Shown here piece by piece: positions 61,749 through 64,000 of a stretch of 64,000 nt of DNA. The stretch is from Candidatus Micrarchaeota archaeon. Its GTDB lineage: Archaea; Micrarchaeota; Micrarchaeia; Micrarchaeales; CABMGC01. Position numbers and translations under genes: made by a program. Each line of letters starts with the position of its first letter. Position 1 is the stretch's first letter. Under the pieces are notes generated by a model. That model was not told the DNA's origin. It searched no databases and saw only the letters and a program-made list of their open reading frames with translations. Location: contig JAKASP010000002.1 of assembly GCA_021818995.1 (NCBI GenBank), positions 15,689-79,688 of the forward strand, in the 5' to 3' direction.

Positions 61749-63848
61749 TCACCTGTTAAGGAGCAGGGAGACGTAGCAGTCGCTCATGACCGTGTCGTTG
61801 CCCTTTACGCTGAGCACGGTGCCGTACAGGGAGTAGAGGCTGAGGCCGCTGTGCGTGCTGTTCGTGAGCACGATGAGCGGTATGTTGCTCTTGCCGTAGA
61901 AGTTGAGGCAAGAATCGACTGTGCTTGTGGAGTTGCCTACTGTGCAGAGGCCGTTCTTGAACGTGGCCACAATTGCGGTCTTGTTCTGCGACATCGCCTG
62001 CGCGCTTATCTTGCTGGCGCAGGTGAACTCGTTGAGCGTGGGCGTGCCGTTCACGGCTACTGCCAGGTACTTGGACGAGCCGTAGGCGCTCTGGAAGGCG
62101 CCGAACGAGGCAGAGGCGTTTGCCGCAGAGAGCAGGTACCAGGTGAAGAAGAAGTAGACAACTACTATGGCGCCGAGGGCTATGAAGATGGTGCGCCAGT
62201 TCTGCTCTGTTCGCCTGTTAACCGCTAGCCTGTGGTGCATCTTAAGGTATGCGCGAGTGAAGAAGATGCCGAGGATGAGCACTATGCCGATTATCAGCGA
62301 GAGCAGGGAGCCGAGCAGCGGTGCTGCGCCAACCGCGCTAGAGTAAGAGAGGCCGAGCACGGAGCCTAGGCTGCGTATGAACGGCGAGTCGATTGAGCGA
62401 GCGATGCCAGTGAGCGTGATCGGAGCAACGGAATACTTGGATATCTGCAGAGCAATCGCGTGCAGCTGCAGGTCGAGCAGGCCGAGGTTGGTCAATCCAC
62501 CTGCGGAGATCTGACCGTTGAGCGCTAGCTGCGCGAGCGCCAGGTTCGTTATCTGCGGCGAGGAGTAGGCGGTGCTTGACAGCTGCAGCTCTATCACGCG
62601 AGCTGTGTTGTTCTCCGCGCTGCTGAGTATGTCTGTGTATGTGCTGTTGAGCTGGGAGTACGTGGCCTCGAGGCCCGAGTACTGCGTAGCGAGCGTTATG
62701 TTCGCCTTGCTGAAGTTGGCGTAGAAGTAGTTGTAGGTTATGTTGTCGTGGTTGTTGACCAGGGCGTTGAGCTGGCTCCTGAGCGTGGCGTTGTTCACGT
62801 AGAGCAGGAGCGTTGCGCTGTTGTTGACAAGCACGGAGTAGTGCGGAACGGTCTTGTTGAGCGTCTTGTTCAGTTCAGCGAGCCTCTCCTTCGAGAGTAT
62901 GGGATAGGCGTACGTGCTCTCGTTCGCGCTGACGTTGAACGCGAATGAGAAGATCTGAGAGCTGGAGAGCGGGAGCAGGTTTATGTTGCTGAGCAGATAG
63001 CTAATGTAGGCTAGCTTTGTGTAGTTGAAGTTCGTGTTCTCGCAGTAGCCAAGAGCTGAGCAGTACCACGGGGCTATCGTCTGGTTGATGTAGCTAGCGC
63101 AGCCTGCAATCTGGTTGGGAGTGACGTTGGCAGATGGAGGGAAGATTGGGTTCTCGGAGATGTTGTACGAGAGGCCGGTTATGTTAGCGAAGGCAGAGTT
63201 CATGACAGCAAGCCCTTGCAGCACATTGCTCTGGTTGACGCTAGCTGATGCGCTGAGGAAGTTGCTGTAGCTAGAGTTGAGCACCGCATACTGACCTTCG
63301 AACTGTATTATGCCCTGGCCGAAGAAGCCTGTGGCGCCGCCTCCTGGAGGCGTTGAGGAGTTGGCAGGGCAGTTCTGGCCTGTGAGGTCGCACCTGCAGA
63401 GGGGAACGAAGAAGCACGACTGGCAGTTGTTCGCTACGGTGCAGGTAGCTCCTGTGCTGAGCCCTGTTTCCACATAGCAGTCGTTGAGCGGCCCCGCTGA
63501 AGACTGCATGTAGAGCAGCATCTGCTGGTGCAGTTGCGTGAAGTTGGCCATTGAGAGCGAGGTGGTTATCGTGTAGTTCTTGATTATGTTGTATATCGCG
63601 GTTGCGTTGAGCACCAGAGAGTATGAGCCAGTCAGGTTTACTATGAAGTATGGATAGCTGTCGTTGTACATGCCCACGTACTGGTTGCCAGCGTACGTGA
63701 GGTTAACAGGCTGCAGCGTGCTTATCAGCGAACCTGGCACGTTGTAGCTCGCAAGCAGGGAATTGACCTCTGGGAGCGAATAGGCACTTGTGGCAAGGGG
63801 TATGGAGAGGAAGAGAAAGACGAAGATGAGCGTGGAGTTCCTATTCAT
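61749..63848 (-). CDS. Large surface glycoprotein (signal peptide, Cys/NxS/T-rich ectodomain, TM hairpin, C-terminal 4-Cys domain)
   Basis: ATG at 63848 (MNRNSTLIFVFLFLSIPLATSA); the track's TTG at 63881 is an alternative. There are dozens of sequons and a Cys cluster CQSCFFVPLCRCDLTGQNC. Confidence 0.7.
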   Translation of the reverse strand: MNRNSTLIFVFLFLSIPLATSAYSLPEVNSLLASYNVPGSLISTLQPVNLTYAGNQYVGMYNDSYPYFIVNLTGSYSLVLNATAIYNIIKNYTITTSLSMANFTQLHQQMLLYMQSSAGPLNDCYVETGLSTGATCTVANNCQSCFFVPLCRCDLTGQNCPANSSTPPGGGATGFFGQGIIQFEGQYAVLNSSYSNFLSASASVNQSNVLQGLAVMNSAFANITGLSYNISENPIFPPSANVTPNQIAGCASYINQTIAPWYCSALGYCENTNFNYTKLAYISYLLSNINLLPLSSSQIFSFAFNVSANESTYAYPILSKERLAELNKTLNKTVPHYSVLVNNSATLLLYVNNATLRSQLNALVNNHDNITYNYFYANFSKANITLATQYSGLEATYSQLNSTYTDILSSAENNTARVIELQLSSTAYSSPQITNLALAQLALNGQISAGGLTNLGLLDLQLHAIALQISKYSVAPITLTGIARSIDSPFIRSLGSVLGLSYSSAVGAAPLLGSLLSLIIGIVLILGIFFTRAYLKMHHRLAVNRRTEQNWRTIFIALGAIVVVYFFFTWYLLSAANASASFGAFQSAYGSSKYLAVAVNGTPTLNEFTCASKISAQAMSQNKTAIVATFKNGLCTVGNSTSTVDSCLNFYGKSNIPLIVLTNSTHSGLSLYSLYGTVLSVKGNDTVMSDCYVSLLLNR

Positions 63849-64000
63849 CTGATTCACTGGCTTGGTTAATAGAGAAGTCAAAATTTAAATACGTTCCTGA
63901 GCGTGGGCTCGGCTTTTACGACGACATTTTGGTCAGGCGCTGCCTGGTTTACGCCGAGCTCAGCAGGGCCTGGATGAACTGGTTTCCTGCCTGCACGGTC

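Noticed and set aside
63879-64000. Minus-strand open frame entering from the right edge (...VVVKAEPTLRNVFKF, stop at 63879-63881).
   Set aside because: Only about 40 codons are visible and no motif is present. It may be the 3' end of a real gene, but this cannot be supported from the window.
1-64000. Scan for CRISPR arrays, rRNA genes, transposases, integrases, inteins and reverse transcriptases.
   Set aside because: None was recognised by eye. The only regularly repeated sequences are the tRNA-derived repeats, the Fic-upstream motif and low-complexity coding repeats.

Overview
Dense, mostly housekeeping archaeal chromosome segment. Archaeal markers include two histone-fold genes, aEF-2, aRF1, DnaG primase, Hjc, RFC large subunit, SMC, RpoK and r-proteins L7Ae/eS28/eL24/eL30/uS7/uS12/uL15/uL30. 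Also present are TrpRS, CysRS, PheRS alpha and beta, and SerRS. Third codon positions are GC-rich, so long antisense shadow ORFs are common in the track. RNA genes found by eye: tRNA-Phe(GAA), tRNA-Gly(GCC), tRNA-Gly(UCC), tRNA-Glu(CUC), tRNA-Leu(UAG), and a compact RNase P RNA on the minus strand at about 29465-29701 that the ORF track cannot show. eL24 (32541-32717) is below the ORF-track size cutoff. There is a strong envelope theme: GT2, GT4 and GT21-like glycosyltransferases, an AglH-like transferase, a signal peptidase, many membrane-anchored proteins rich in N-glycosylation sequons and Cys, and a VKOR plus thioredoxin-fold (DUF929-like) pair. Three AT-rich accessory patches stand out. 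(1) A roughly 1 kb insertion at tRNA-Leu is bounded by a 26-bp direct repeat of the tRNA 3' end and carries an orphan two-gene operon; this is the best candidate for something new. (2) A Fic gene with repeat-decorated upstream DNA lies next to tRNA-Gly(UCC). (3) A VapBC pair lies next to hjc. No rRNA, CRISPR array, transposase or integrase was recognised. All functional calls rest on motif recognition by eye; no searches were run.
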